Positions 34,331 through 42,299 of a stretch of DNA of 43,750 nucleotides are shown here, one piece after another. A model generated the notes under the pieces. It ran no database searches, was not told where the DNA came from, and saw nothing but the letters and a program-made list of their open reading frames with translations. Position 1 is the stretch's first letter, and each line of letters opens with the position of its first letter. A program made the translations under genes and the position numbers. Origin of the DNA: a virus (lineage: Duplodnaviria > Caudoviricetes); the IMG/VR virus record IMGVR_UViG_3300037760_000105, positions 1-43,750 of that record; one strand, written 5' to 3'.

Positions 34331-34863
34331 TCGAGATCCCGCTAACCAAGGGCTACGTCGCGATCGTTGATGACGAGGACGCGCACCTTGCTGTGTTCAA
34401 ATGGCAAGCACGGGCGGTGGAAGGCCAACCAGTGTATGCGCGCCGAACCGACCGCAGCGCTGGATATCCACGCGGGATCCTGCTTCACCGCGCCGTACTG
34501 GGCGTGACGGACCCAACGATATCCATTGATCATCACAATGGGGACGGACTTGACTGTCGCAGAGGCAATCTGCGGGTCGCGACCAGGTCGCAGAACCAAT
34601 GGAACCGCGGGGCGCCGAGAAGCAACAAATCTGGGTTCAAGGGCGTGGATTGGAACGCCGCCATGGGAAAATGGAGGGCAAAGATCCGGGTCAACTGGAA
34701 GATGCACCACTGTGGCTATTTTGAGGATCCGGTCGCGGCGGCGCACGCCTATGATGCGGCTGCTATAAGACTGCATGGTGAGTTTGCGCGGCTCAACTTC
34801 CCAGGGGCCGGCAATTCTGTATGCGCCTCACCGTCTAGCCCCGACGTGAGGCCGAGCCGATGA
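34327..34863 (+). CDS. HNH-AP2 homing endonuclease
   Basis: 'IPLTKGYVAIVDDED', 'IDHHNGDGLDCRRGNLR.AT.SQN', AP2 domain 'SGFKGV.W....KWRAKI...AAHAYDAAAIRLHGEFARLNF'; visibly lower GC. Confidence 0.92.
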   Translation: MIEIPLTKGYVAIVDDEDAHLAVFKWQARAVEGQPVYARRTDRSAGYPRGILLHRAVLGVTDPTISIDHHNGDGLDCRRGNLRVATRSQNQWNRGAPRSNKSGFKGVDWNAAMGKWRAKIRVNWKMHHCGYFEDPVAAAHAYDAAAIRLHGEFARLNFPGAGNSVCASPSSPDVRPSR

Positions 34864-35609
34864 GCCACGTCGTGCATTGTTCCGACTGTCTCGACCCCGT
34901 GTCCGGGCTCGCGTCCCTCGGGGACAAGAGCGTGGACCATATGATCACGGACCCGCCGTATGAGGCGGAGGCGCACACGCTGCAGCGGCGGACGAAGGAG
35001 ACGGGGGCGGAGTTCGCGCAGGTGCTCGCCGCGCCGCTCGACTTCCCCGCCATCACGTCGGCGGAACGGCTCGCTGTGGCCGCCCATCTCGCGCGGGTCG
35101 CGCGGCGTTGGGTGATCGTGTTCTGTCAGGCCGAGGCGGTCCAGGCGTGGCGCGAGGCGCTGACCGCCGGGGGCGCCGTCTACAAGCGCGCCGCCGTGTG
35201 GGTGAAGCCGGACGCCATGCCGCAGCTTACGGGCGACCGGCCCGGCATGGGCTACGAGTCGATGGTCTGCGCGCACTCTGCGGGCCGTTCACGGTGGAAC
35301 GGCGGCGGGCGGGTCGGCGTCTACGTCGAGAACAAGAATCGGAGCGACCTGCAGCGCTCCGGGCACCCCACCCAGAAGCCCCTCGCGCTCATGGAGGCGC
35401 TCGTCCGCGACTTCACTGACCCCGGCGAGCTCATCTGCGACCCCTTCGCCGGCTCAGGGACCACGGGCGTCGCGTGCAAGCGTCTCGGCCGGCGCTTCGT
35501 GGGGTGGGAGCGTGACCCCAAGTATCACGCCATCGCGGTGAAGCGGATCGGGGCGACGCGGGAGCAGCTCCGCATGTTCGAGCCGGCGGCGTCGGCGGGG
35601 GAGGGGTAG
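34860..35609 (+). CDS. Orphan N6A/N4C DNA methyltransferase, beta class
   Basis: Catalytic 'ITDPPY' N-terminal to 'HPTQKP' and SAM-binding 'DPFAGSGTTG'. Confidence 0.92.
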   Translation: MSHVVHCSDCLDPVSGLASLGDKSVDHMITDPPYEAEAHTLQRRTKETGAEFAQVLAAPLDFPAITSAERLAVAAHLARVARRWVIVFCQAEAVQAWREALTAGGAVYKRAAVWVKPDAMPQLTGDRPGMGYESMVCAHSAGRSRWNGGGRVGVYVENKNRSDLQRSGHPTQKPLALMEALVRDFTDPGELICDPFAGSGTTGVACKRLGRRFVGWERDPKYHAIAVKRIGATREQLRMFEPAASAGEG

Positions 35610-35612
35610 GCG

Positions 35613-36449
35613 ATGGGCTTCTCGATGCCATTCTTCCCGATGTACGCGGCGGAGACGCTCGCCGATGGCCGCTTCCAGGGCTGGACACTCGAGGAGCGCG
35701 GCGCCTGGATCACTCTCCTGTGCTGTGCCTGGAACGACGGGTCGATCCCCGCCTCCCAGACCGAGATCGCGCGCCTCATCCACGTAACCGATTCGGGGGA
35801 CATGGCTCGGCTATGGTCTGCCATCGGAAGTCGCTTCTCTCCCGCACCCGGAGAGACCGGACGACTCGTCTGCCCGAGGCTAGAAAACGAGCGCGACAAG
35901 GCCCAAGTCATAGGCCGCATCCGCGCCAATGCTGGCAGGAAGGGCGCTAACTCCCGATGGAGTAAGGCAAAATCCACGCATGGCAAACGCATGCGGCAGC
36001 CATCGTCTTGCCATGCCCCGGCTAATGCGGTCGCAATAGCAAACGATAGCACTTCACCTCCACCTTCACCTTCACATACAGAAGCAGCTAGCGCGCAGGC
36101 GACCATCAAGCCTCTCGGGGTCCACCTCCAGGGCCAATGCCCGGACCTCGCTGCGCTGCTGGCTCGAGCCACGGTCCCGGTCGAGGTCGGGACCCGCGCG
36201 GCGCTGTGGGGGGAGGCCGACGGCATCGTGCGGCAGGTTGGGGCCGACGCCGTTCTGTCCTGCTGGGCGGCCTCCGCTGCGAAGCGCGGCGGCGAGGGTG
36301 CCGTGCCGCTCGCCTACCTGATCCACCCGATGCGGGACCTGGCGAAGCGACCGGCGGGGCGCGGCCCACAGCCCGTATCGCAGGACTTCTCGAAAACCCT
36401 CGACGACGTAGCCCGAGAGATGGAGGCCAAGCATGGACGCCCTGCATGA
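35613..36449 (+). CDS. Replication initiator, DUF1376/YdaU family
   Basis: 'MPFFPMY', 'TLEERGAWITLL..AW..GSIP', 'RLENER', 'AGRKGA.SRW'; precedes the loader. Confidence 0.8.
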   Translation: MGFSMPFFPMYAAETLADGRFQGWTLEERGAWITLLCCAWNDGSIPASQTEIARLIHVTDSGDMARLWSAIGSRFSPAPGETGRLVCPRLENERDKAQVIGRIRANAGRKGANSRWSKAKSTHGKRMRQPSSCHAPANAVAIANDSTSPPPSPSHTEAASAQATIKPLGVHLQGQCPDLAALLARATVPVEVGTRAALWGEADGIVRQVGADAVLSCWAASAAKRGGEGAVPLAYLIHPMRDLAKRPAGRGPQPVSQDFSKTLDDVAREMEAKHGRPA

Positions 36450-37122
36450 ACGAATCGCCGCCCTCGTGGAGCGCTGCCAAGCCCGGTCGGAGGATCCCGA
36501 GTTCCAGCGCAACGCCGCCCGCCTCGCGCAGGAGAGCGCCGAGGCCGCCGAGGTGCTCCGGGCGTCCGATCTGATGCACGCGCGTCTCCGCTCCGGGGTT
36601 CCAGTCGGCCTATGGAATCCGCTTCGCCCGGCCGAGTCGCCGCTCGAACACACGAAGCCGACGCCGGCGCTAGACGCCGTGAAGGCTCACCTCGAGAGCC
36701 CCCCCGCGTGCGTGTTCCTGACGCTCTCCGGGAAGCGAGGGCAGGGCAAGACGTTCGCCGCTGCCTTTGGCGTCTACGCGCAAGGTGGCCGGTTTGTCGA
36801 TGCGCACGACCTTGTGCGGCTCTCGAGCTTCGACGAGGGGGAGTGGCGGGACCTCGAACGCCAGCCGCTCCTCGCGATCGACGAGCTCGGGGCGGAGTAC
36901 CTGAACGACGCCTACAAAGCGAACCTGTACGCGCTCCTGAACCGGCGCTACGCGGACCAGCGCAAGACGATCCTCGCGACGAACCTGTCGGCCCCCGCCT
37001 TCGTGGCCCGCTACTGCCCCGACCCCGAGGATCGGCTGCTCGAGCGGCTGACCAAGGGCGGCACGTGGGCCAACCTCGCGGGCGAGTCGCTTCGGACGCA
37101 CTGGGCGGAAGGGGGCGACTAG
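36433..37122 (+). CDS. DnaC/IstB-like AAA+ helicase loader
   Basis: Walker A 'GKRGQGKT', Walker B 'LLAIDELG', 'TILATNLS', 'RLLERL', 'GESLR'. Confidence 0.9.
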   Translation: MDALHERIAALVERCQARSEDPEFQRNAARLAQESAEAAEVLRASDLMHARLRSGVPVGLWNPLRPAESPLEHTKPTPALDAVKAHLESPPACVFLTLSGKRGQGKTFAAAFGVYAQGGRFVDAHDLVRLSSFDEGEWRDLERQPLLAIDELGAEYLNDAYKANLYALLNRRYADQRKTILATNLSAPAFVARYCPDPEDRLLERLTKGGTWANLAGESLRTHWAEGGD

Positions 37123-37610
37123 TGGCCTGGGTTGCGGACCGAGATCGCCTCATGGCTGAGCCCTGCCCGCATTGCGGGAGCGACATGCCCGAGCTGTTCC
37201 ACACGTCCTGTCGGCAGCGAGCGGCGTGGACGCCGAGTCAGCGGGCCGCGTTCGACGTCGAGGACGCGAGGGCTGAGGCGTTAGAGCGGGAGTTCGGGGG
37301 CTGGTGGATGGCTCCGGAGGTTATCGAGGCGCCGGTAGTGCTGCGGCTCGTGCGCGGGATCGAGGACCTGACGGCTCGCCGCTTCGGGCAGCTCACGGTT
37401 ACCGGGTCGCGGGTGATCGTGCGCGGCGGCTACCGGCGCACGGAGTGGCTGTGCCGGTGCGACTGCGGCCGCGAGGTCATGGCGACCGGGTACCGGCTGA
37501 AGACCGACCGTGTGAGCAAGTGCAAGCCGTGCGCGGAAGCGCGGAAGTTCCGGGATCGGGAACTCGGCTATCACGGCCGGATCCTGCCGCGGCGCCAGAG
37601 GGCCGCATGA
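37123..37610 (+). CDS. Zinc-binding protein with homing-endonuclease-type N-terminal module
   Basis: 'DLTARRFGQLTV...WLCRCDCG...L......KCKPC'; no HNH catalytic core seen. Confidence 0.55.
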
Positions 37611-37816
37611 GCGCGGACCACTTCTGCCTCTGCCTCCACCTCGACGCCCGCGGCTTCCCGTGCAACCGGCGGACGATGCGTCCCCTCTCTCTTTGCTCGC
37701 TTCACCGTCCGAAAGCGCGGGGCGGGACACACGCAGGACCCACCCCCGAGTACCAGCGGAAGCGCAAGGCACGACTCGCACTAGCCGGCATGGCGCCGGA
37801 AATGGAGGCAGCATGA
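37607..37816 (+). CDS. Small Cys/His-rich hypothetical protein
   Basis: ATGA-coupled on both sides; 'CLC.....G.PC......LCSLH'. Confidence 0.5.
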   Translation: MSADHFCLCLHLDARGFPCNRRTMRPLSLCSLHRPKARGGTHAGPTPEYQRKRKARLALAGMAPEMEAA

Positions 37817-38400
37817 TCGAGTTCACCCCGTTTCCCAAGATCGCCCGGTTGTCACGGGAGATCGTGGTTACGGAGAAGATCGACGGCACTAACGCGCAGG
37901 TTCACATCACCGAAGCGGGCGAGGTGTTGGCCGGCAGCCGCACGCGGTGGATCACCCCGCAGGCGGATAACTACAGCTTCGCAGCGTGGGTCGAGGCGCA
38001 CCGCGAGGAGTTGCTCGCGCTCGGCCCGGGGTCGCACTTCGGGGAGTGGTGGGGGCAGGGGATCCAGCGCCGGTACGGGCTCACCAAGAAGCGCTTTTCC
38101 CTATTCAACGTTGGGCGATGGATGGATGCCGACGCGAAGGAGTGGCCCGACCACTACTCGCGGGCAAAGCTGACCCTCGCCCCCGCCTGCTGCCATGTCG
38201 TGCCGGTCCTCTACGCTGGGCCATTCGCGACGGACGCGATCGACGAGACGCTGGCGGACCTGCGGCGCGTCGGTAGCTGCGCGGCCCGCGGATTCAAGTC
38301 ACCCGAGGGCATCGTGGTGTTCCATGCCGCTAGCGGGGCTCTGTTCAAGAAGACGCTCGATAAGGACGAGCAACCCAAGTCGATCACGGAGGCCGCATGA
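37813..38400 (+). CDS. RNA ligase family nucleotidyltransferase (Rnl2-like adenylation domain only)
   Basis: 'FPKIARL', motif I 'TEKIDGTNA', III 'FGEWWG.GIQ', IIIa 'FSLFN', 'VPVLY.G', IV 'EGIVV', V 'FKK'. Confidence 0.82.
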   Translation: MIEFTPFPKIARLSREIVVTEKIDGTNAQVHITEAGEVLAGSRTRWITPQADNYSFAAWVEAHREELLALGPGSHFGEWWGQGIQRRYGLTKKRFSLFNVGRWMDADAKEWPDHYSRAKLTLAPACCHVVPVLYAGPFATDAIDETLADLRRVGSCAARGFKSPEGIVVFHAASGALFKKTLDKDEQPKSITEAA

Positions 38401-38545
38401 ACGCAATCCTGACATGGCTCATGGCGTCGTTCTCTCGCATCTCCTCGGCTCTCCGCATGGGGGAGAGGGCGGTGAGGTTCGACGCAGGGCTGACGGACGT
38501 GACCCGGGACTACGGCGAGTGGCGCCGGCGGATGGGGAGGGCGGC

Positions 38546-38860
38546 GTGAGCGAGACCAGGCATTCGCCGGAGCCGTGGGCGTGGGACCCCGAGGCGGGCG
38601 GGACCGTCTTCATGGACCGCAACGGCAACTGGGTATGCCCGAGTGAGCGGAACTGGCGCCGCATAGTGGCCGCGGTCAACGCGGTGGCGGGGATACCGAC
38701 GGAGGCGCTGGAGGCGGGGGAGTTGGCGAACCTGCTCACGGCGGCGGACGGGGCCGTCTACTGCGTGATGTGCTGGGATAACCCAGATCACAACCTTTGC
38801 CCCAAGCACCTCGATCCGTTTCTCTCCGCCCTCCGCGCCCTCGGGAGGCTCGCGCCATGA
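38546..38860 (+). CDS. Hypothetical phage protein
   Basis: 'HSPEPW', 'NWRRIVAAVNAVAGIPTEALE'. Confidence 0.6.
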   Translation: MSETRHSPEPWAWDPEAGGTVFMDRNGNWVCPSERNWRRIVAAVNAVAGIPTEALEAGELANLLTAADGAVYCVMCWDNPDHNLCPKHLDPFLSALRALGRLAP

Positions 38861-39141
38861 CCCTGCCCCTGCTCTGGGAGATCGCCCGGAACCTTCTCCT
38901 CGCCGCTCTCCTCGGCGCCGTCGTGGGGGTGGCGATTGGCTGCGTCATCACCGCTGCGTGGGCGTGGGTGGAGCGGAGGAGGGGCAAGAGGTTGGCGCTT
39001 ACGCGCAAGGAGGCGCGGACGATGGACGCGCTGCTCCGGTTCCCGCCTCAGCCGTCCGCGGCCCTGCGTAGCGCCATGCGCGAGGGCAAGCCGTGCGAGG
39101 TCAAGGACCTACTCGAGGTCATTCGGAGGGCGAGGCGATGA
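38857..39141 (+). CDS. Membrane protein
   Basis: Long hydrophobic segment; ATGA-coupled. Confidence 0.5.
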   Translation: MTLPLLWEIARNLLLAALLGAVVGVAIGCVITAAWAWVERRRGKRLALTRKEARTMDALLRFPPQPSAALRSAMREGKPCEVKDLLEVIRRARR

Positions 39142-39377
39142 CCCCAGAGGAGAGGGCGGCCGAATTCTCGTGGAAGCGGTGCCCCGGCGGCGGGCGGCAC
39201 GATGCCGGCGGCGGTGACGAGGCGTTCGCGTGCGCCCAGTGTAACGCGGACGTGATCCGTGCGGCCGAGGACGAGGCGCTAGAGAGGGCTGCGCAGGCGG
39301 CGATGACCTGCTGTGAGGAGTGCGATCGCGAGGTCATGGCGGCGATCCGCTCCCTGAAGTCTGGGGGCGGTCGATGA
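39138..39377 (+). CDS. Hypothetical protein
   Basis: ATGA-coupled; 'ALERAAQ...AAIRSLK'. Confidence 0.55.
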   Translation: MTPEERAAEFSWKRCPGGGRHDAGGGDEAFACAQCNADVIRAAEDEALERAAQAAMTCCEECDREVMAAIRSLKSGGGR

Positions 39378-39736
39378 CCTCGATCCGCTTCTGCGTCCCT
39401 CGCTGCGCCGTGGGCGTCAACGCCACCTATCGCGTGGGTCGAGGCCGCCGCGTCTACAAGTCCCCCGAGGCGAACGTCTACCGGGACGCCGTCGTCATGG
39501 CGGCCAAGCGGGCCATGCGGGGACGGGACATGCTCACCGGCCACGTCGAGGCGAGGATCTGGTTCGCGTACCCCACGGCTCGGAACGACATCGACGGCGC
39601 CATTAAACCCACGTTGGATGCATTAAACGGAATCGTCTGGCAGGACGATCGGCAAGTGATCCGGCTGGAGGTGGACAAGTTGAAGGACACGGACGCGCCT
39701 CGGGTCGAGATCGAGGTGGTCGAGGTGACGCCGTGA
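39374..39736 (+). CDS. rusA: RusA-family Holliday junction resolvase
   Basis: 'VNATYR', 'DIDGAIKPTLDALNGIVWQDDRQV', 'PRVEIEV'. Confidence 0.92.
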   Translation: MTSIRFCVPRCAVGVNATYRVGRGRRVYKSPEANVYRDAVVMAAKRAMRGRDMLTGHVEARIWFAYPTARNDIDGAIKPTLDALNGIVWQDDRQVIRLEVDKLKDTDAPRVEIEVVEVTP

Positions 39737-39832
39737 GGCTGCGGCAACACAAGGACGCGGGGCCAGCGTAGGGGTGACCATGGCGACGAGCGAGCTCAAG
39801 GACGGCAAGCGGTACCGGCGGCGGAGGTCTCC

Positions 39833-40327
39833 TTGATGCTGAGCACCGCGGAGAGACTCAGCCTCCGTCAGGCTCGGGTGCGGCTCAAGGCCCGCGACCT
39901 GGCGACCGTCGAGAAGCTACTCTCCGCGTTGATCGATTCCCCGAGGCGGTCGAAGCGTCCGCCCGACGACTACCCCCGGCTCCCCGGGCTCGATAGCGTG
40001 TTCTTCTGCTCCCGTCTCAAGGGCCACATGGCGATCGAGGACTGCCTGGTCCGTCGATCCCGGATCTGGCCCTCGGGCGGCGGCAAGGGGTGCCCGCGGT
40101 TCGACGAGTGCCGAGGGTGCCCAGTGGGCGAGGAGAACGTGGCGCGGGCTCCGGGGTTCGTGCCGCCGCCCAGCACCATGGCTCCCGAGGTGCTCAGCAA
40201 CTCACAGCGCATGGCGAAGCGAGCTCGAGCCCTCGTGGGTCTCGAGGACGACGAGGTAGTGAGGGTGGATCCGATGCAGGAGGTCGCTAGACTAACCCCC
40301 GACGATGGGTCGGACTGGAGGACGTGA
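39833..40327 (+). CDS. Hypothetical Cys-rich protein (candidate late regulator by position)
   Basis: GGAGG RBS; 'FFCSRLK.HM....C...ECRGCPVG'; follows rusA. Confidence 0.55.
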   Translation: MMLSTAERLSLRQARVRLKARDLATVEKLLSALIDSPRRSKRPPDDYPRLPGLDSVFFCSRLKGHMAIEDCLVRRSRIWPSGGGKGCPRFDECRGCPVGEENVARAPGFVPPPSTMAPEVLSNSQRMAKRARALVGLEDDEVVRVDPMQEVARLTPDDGSDWRT

Positions 40328-40330
40328 GGG

Positions 40331-40603
40331 ATGCCCAATACAACTAGGACGGTGCGGGACGGGGTTGTCGTACTGGATGGATGGCCGGCCAACAGCACAG
40401 CCGTGTTCGACCTGACCGACGGGGTGGTCCTGCGGCGAGTGGCACGGGACCCCGGGGCCGGCGACTACGTGGCCGACGACCACGGCTCCTTCTTCTTCGC
40501 TGCCGGGGCCGAGGGGCACGCGGTTAGGTTCTCGAACCCATCGCTATCAGAGACGTTGGCGGCGATCGGGTGGTACGACGACGACGATGAGGACCAGGGA
40601 TGA
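40331..40603 (+). CDS. Hypothetical protein (cassette X), ends in EDQG
   Basis: RBS GGAGG within repeat A; stop codon within repeat B. Confidence 0.6.
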   Translation: MPNTTRTVRDGVVVLDGWPANSTAVFDLTDGVVLRRVARDPGAGDYVADDHGSFFFAAGAEGHAVRFSNPSLSETLAAIGWYDDDDEDQG

Positions 40604-40631
40604 TCCACGGGTCGGACTGGAGGACGTGACG

Positions 40632-40805
40632 ATGGCGTGGAGTGTTCTGCGGTTTCTGTGTCGGCTGCCGTTCGCGGTCACCGTGACGCTGGTGTCTCCG
40701 TTCGTGTTTGTCGGCGTGGTCGGTATGTCGCGATCGTGGGATGAGGCATGGGGCGCAATGGGCAACATGTTGTCGTTTTGGTGGACAGGGGAGGACCAGG
40801 GATGA
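40632..40805 (+). CDS. Small membrane protein (cassette Y), ends in EDQG
   Basis: RBS in the second repeat A; hydrophobic 'LPFAVTVTLVSPFVFVGVVGM'; stop in the second repeat B. Confidence 0.6.
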   Translation: MAWSVLRFLCRLPFAVTVTLVSPFVFVGVVGMSRSWDEAWGAMGNMLSFWWTGEDQG

Positions 40806-41131
40806 TCCCCAAGGACAAGATCGAGGAGTGGAGGGCGCTGCTCACAACACGGGAGATCGAGAAGGACGATCCCGAGTGGCAGAGCGACGGGGCGCCGTGG
40901 GCTTATGACCTCGCCGCCGCGGTCCCCGCCCTCCTATCCGAGCGGGAGGAGATGCTTGCGCTGCTGCGGGGCCTGGAGTGGGTCGGCCCCGACACTCAAG
41001 GCGGATGGTCGTGCCCGTCATGTACGGCGGATGCGTCGGTGCGCTGGGTTCCGGAGCGCCAGGACTCGGAGGTTATCCCGGGAACGCACGCCCCCGACTG
41101 CCGCCTCGCCGCCTTCCTGCGGGAGGGGTAA
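40802..41131 (+). CDS. Hypothetical protein with zinc-binding motif
   Basis: 'AVPALLSE', 'CPSC...HAPDCRLAAFL'. Confidence 0.6.
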   Translation: MIPKDKIEEWRALLTTREIEKDDPEWQSDGAPWAYDLAAAVPALLSEREEMLALLRGLEWVGPDTQGGWSCPSCTADASVRWVPERQDSEVIPGTHAPDCRLAAFLREG

Positions 41132-41133
41132 GG

Positions 41134-41364
41134 GTGACGGAGCCCCACATCGACGGCGACCGTCAACCCCGCCCCGGCAACTGCGGCGCCATGGGTAAGC
41201 GGCGCTTCATCCGCGGCGCTCCCGTCTACTTCTGGAAGCGTCCGGCTGAGGGCATCTGGTGGCCCGACTACAGTGGACCCGGCGGCGGCCTTCTTTGCGG
41301 CTACTGCGGCGTCCCCGCTTCCACGCTCCTCGACATGGGTGTCGCTACACGCACCACGTCTTGA
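41134..41364 (+). CDS. Hypothetical protein
   Basis: GGAGG RBS before GTG; 'LLCGYCG'. Confidence 0.45.
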   Translation: MTEPHIDGDRQPRPGNCGAMGKRRFIRGAPVYFWKRPAEGIWWPDYSGPGGGLLCGYCGVPASTLLDMGVATRTTS

Positions 41365-41396
41365 CCGCGGGCACACGCGCGGGAGATGCGGTAGCC
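41360..41396 (+). promoter_or_regulatory. Putative late promoter motif, copy 4 (upstream of HNH-terS-terL)
   Basis: CTTG(41360)-N18-GGAGATGCGG(41382-41391)-TAGCC-ATG(41397). Confidence 0.65.
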
Positions 41397-41930
41397 ATGC
41401 CCCCTAGAGCCCTACGTCCATGCAGCAAGGTCGGATGCAGGGCTCTCGTGTCCTCGGGTAGGTGCGCCAAGCACGCAGCACAGGCGGCCACGCAGCGCTA
41501 CCAGCGAGAGGTAGAGCAGGGCCGACCCACTTCGGCACAGAGGGGATACGACTCTGCGTGGTCTGCATGCCGTCGCCTGTTCCTCGCCGCTAACCCACGC
41601 TGCGTGGGCTGGGGCTACACCGAGGGCAAGTGCGACAACCCCGCCACCGAGGCGGACCACGTCGTCAGCGTCAAGCAGGCCCCAGAACTCAAGCTGCGGT
41701 GGAGCAACCTGCGTCCCCTATGCAAGTCATGCCACTCGCGACGCACCGCGACAGACCAGAGCGGGTGGGGTGGCAATGCCTCACCCTATAGGGGCGACAC
41801 ACCCGAACGGGTGGGGCCGCGGGGACCCGAGACACCCAAAGGGGAGGGGGGTCAGCAACCGCGTGTGTACGTCGGTTCCGAGCGCGAGGCGCCCTCAGAA
41901 ATTCGAGCCCCCGAGAAATCAGGAGGTTAG
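41397..41930 (+). CDS. Terminase-associated HNH endonuclease (HK97 gp74-like)
   Basis: 'MPPRALRPCSKVGC', 'SAQRGYD..W...R..FL..NP.C', 'ATEADHV', 'WSNLRPLCKSCHSRRT'; directly upstream of terS. Confidence 0.9.
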   Translation: MPPRALRPCSKVGCRALVSSGRCAKHAAQAATQRYQREVEQGRPTSAQRGYDSAWSACRRLFLAANPRCVGWGYTEGKCDNPATEADHVVSVKQAPELKLRWSNLRPLCKSCHSRRTATDQSGWGGNASPYRGDTPERVGPRGPETPKGEGGQQPRVYVGSEREAPSEIRAPEKSGG

Positions 41931-41933
41931 ACT

Positions 41934-42299
41934 GTGTCAATCCGGCCCCATGACGGGTCGCGTCCGCCCACCCCGCCGGCGTTAGCCGAGTGGCCCGACC
42001 CGCCCCACGCGTGGGGTCCCGTTGAGGCTGAGTGGTGGCGGCGTCTGGGTGCGGCCGCGCTCCCTCTCGGCACGGTGTCGGCGTCCGATCTGCCGGTGGC
42101 CGCGCGTGCGGCGCAGGTGTCCGCGCGTGTGGACTCGGCCCTGATCGATCCCGACTACAAGCCGACGGCTCTCAACGCGCTGCTCCGTCTCGAGCTCGAC
42201 TACTGGAAGCAATTGGGGTTGTCGCCGCAGAGCCGGCGCGCGGTGGCGCCGTTGCCGAGTGGTGAGGACGAGGAAAGCGGGTTCGAGGACGTGGAGTGA
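41934..42299 (+). CDS. terS: Terminase small subunit (P27-family-like)
   Basis: 'PDPPH......EWWRRL', 'KQLGLSPQSRR'; position before terL. Confidence 0.8.
   Translation: MSIRPHDGSRPPTPPALAEWPDPPHAWGPVEAEWWRRLGAAALPLGTVSASDLPVAARAAQVSARVDSALIDPDYKPTALNALLRLELDYWKQLGLSPQSRRAVAPLPSGEDEESGFEDVE

Larger units (their letters stand above)
40307..40808. repeat. Interleaved direct repeats A (40307-40327, 40609-40629) and B (40589-40606, 40791-40808)
   Basis: A = GGGTCGGACTGGAGGACGTGA (21 bp); B = GAGGACCAGGGATGATCC (18 bp); both pairs exact. Confidence 0.9.

Noticed and set aside
34860-35609. Restriction-modification system
   Set aside because: No cognate restriction enzyme; the neighbouring nuclease is a typical HNH-AP2 homing endonuclease, and orphan MTases are common in temperate phages.
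40947-40957. Fifth copy of the late motif (GGAGATGCTT)
   Set aside because: The 3' end mismatches, there is no upstream CTTG at the conserved distance, and it lies mid-gene.
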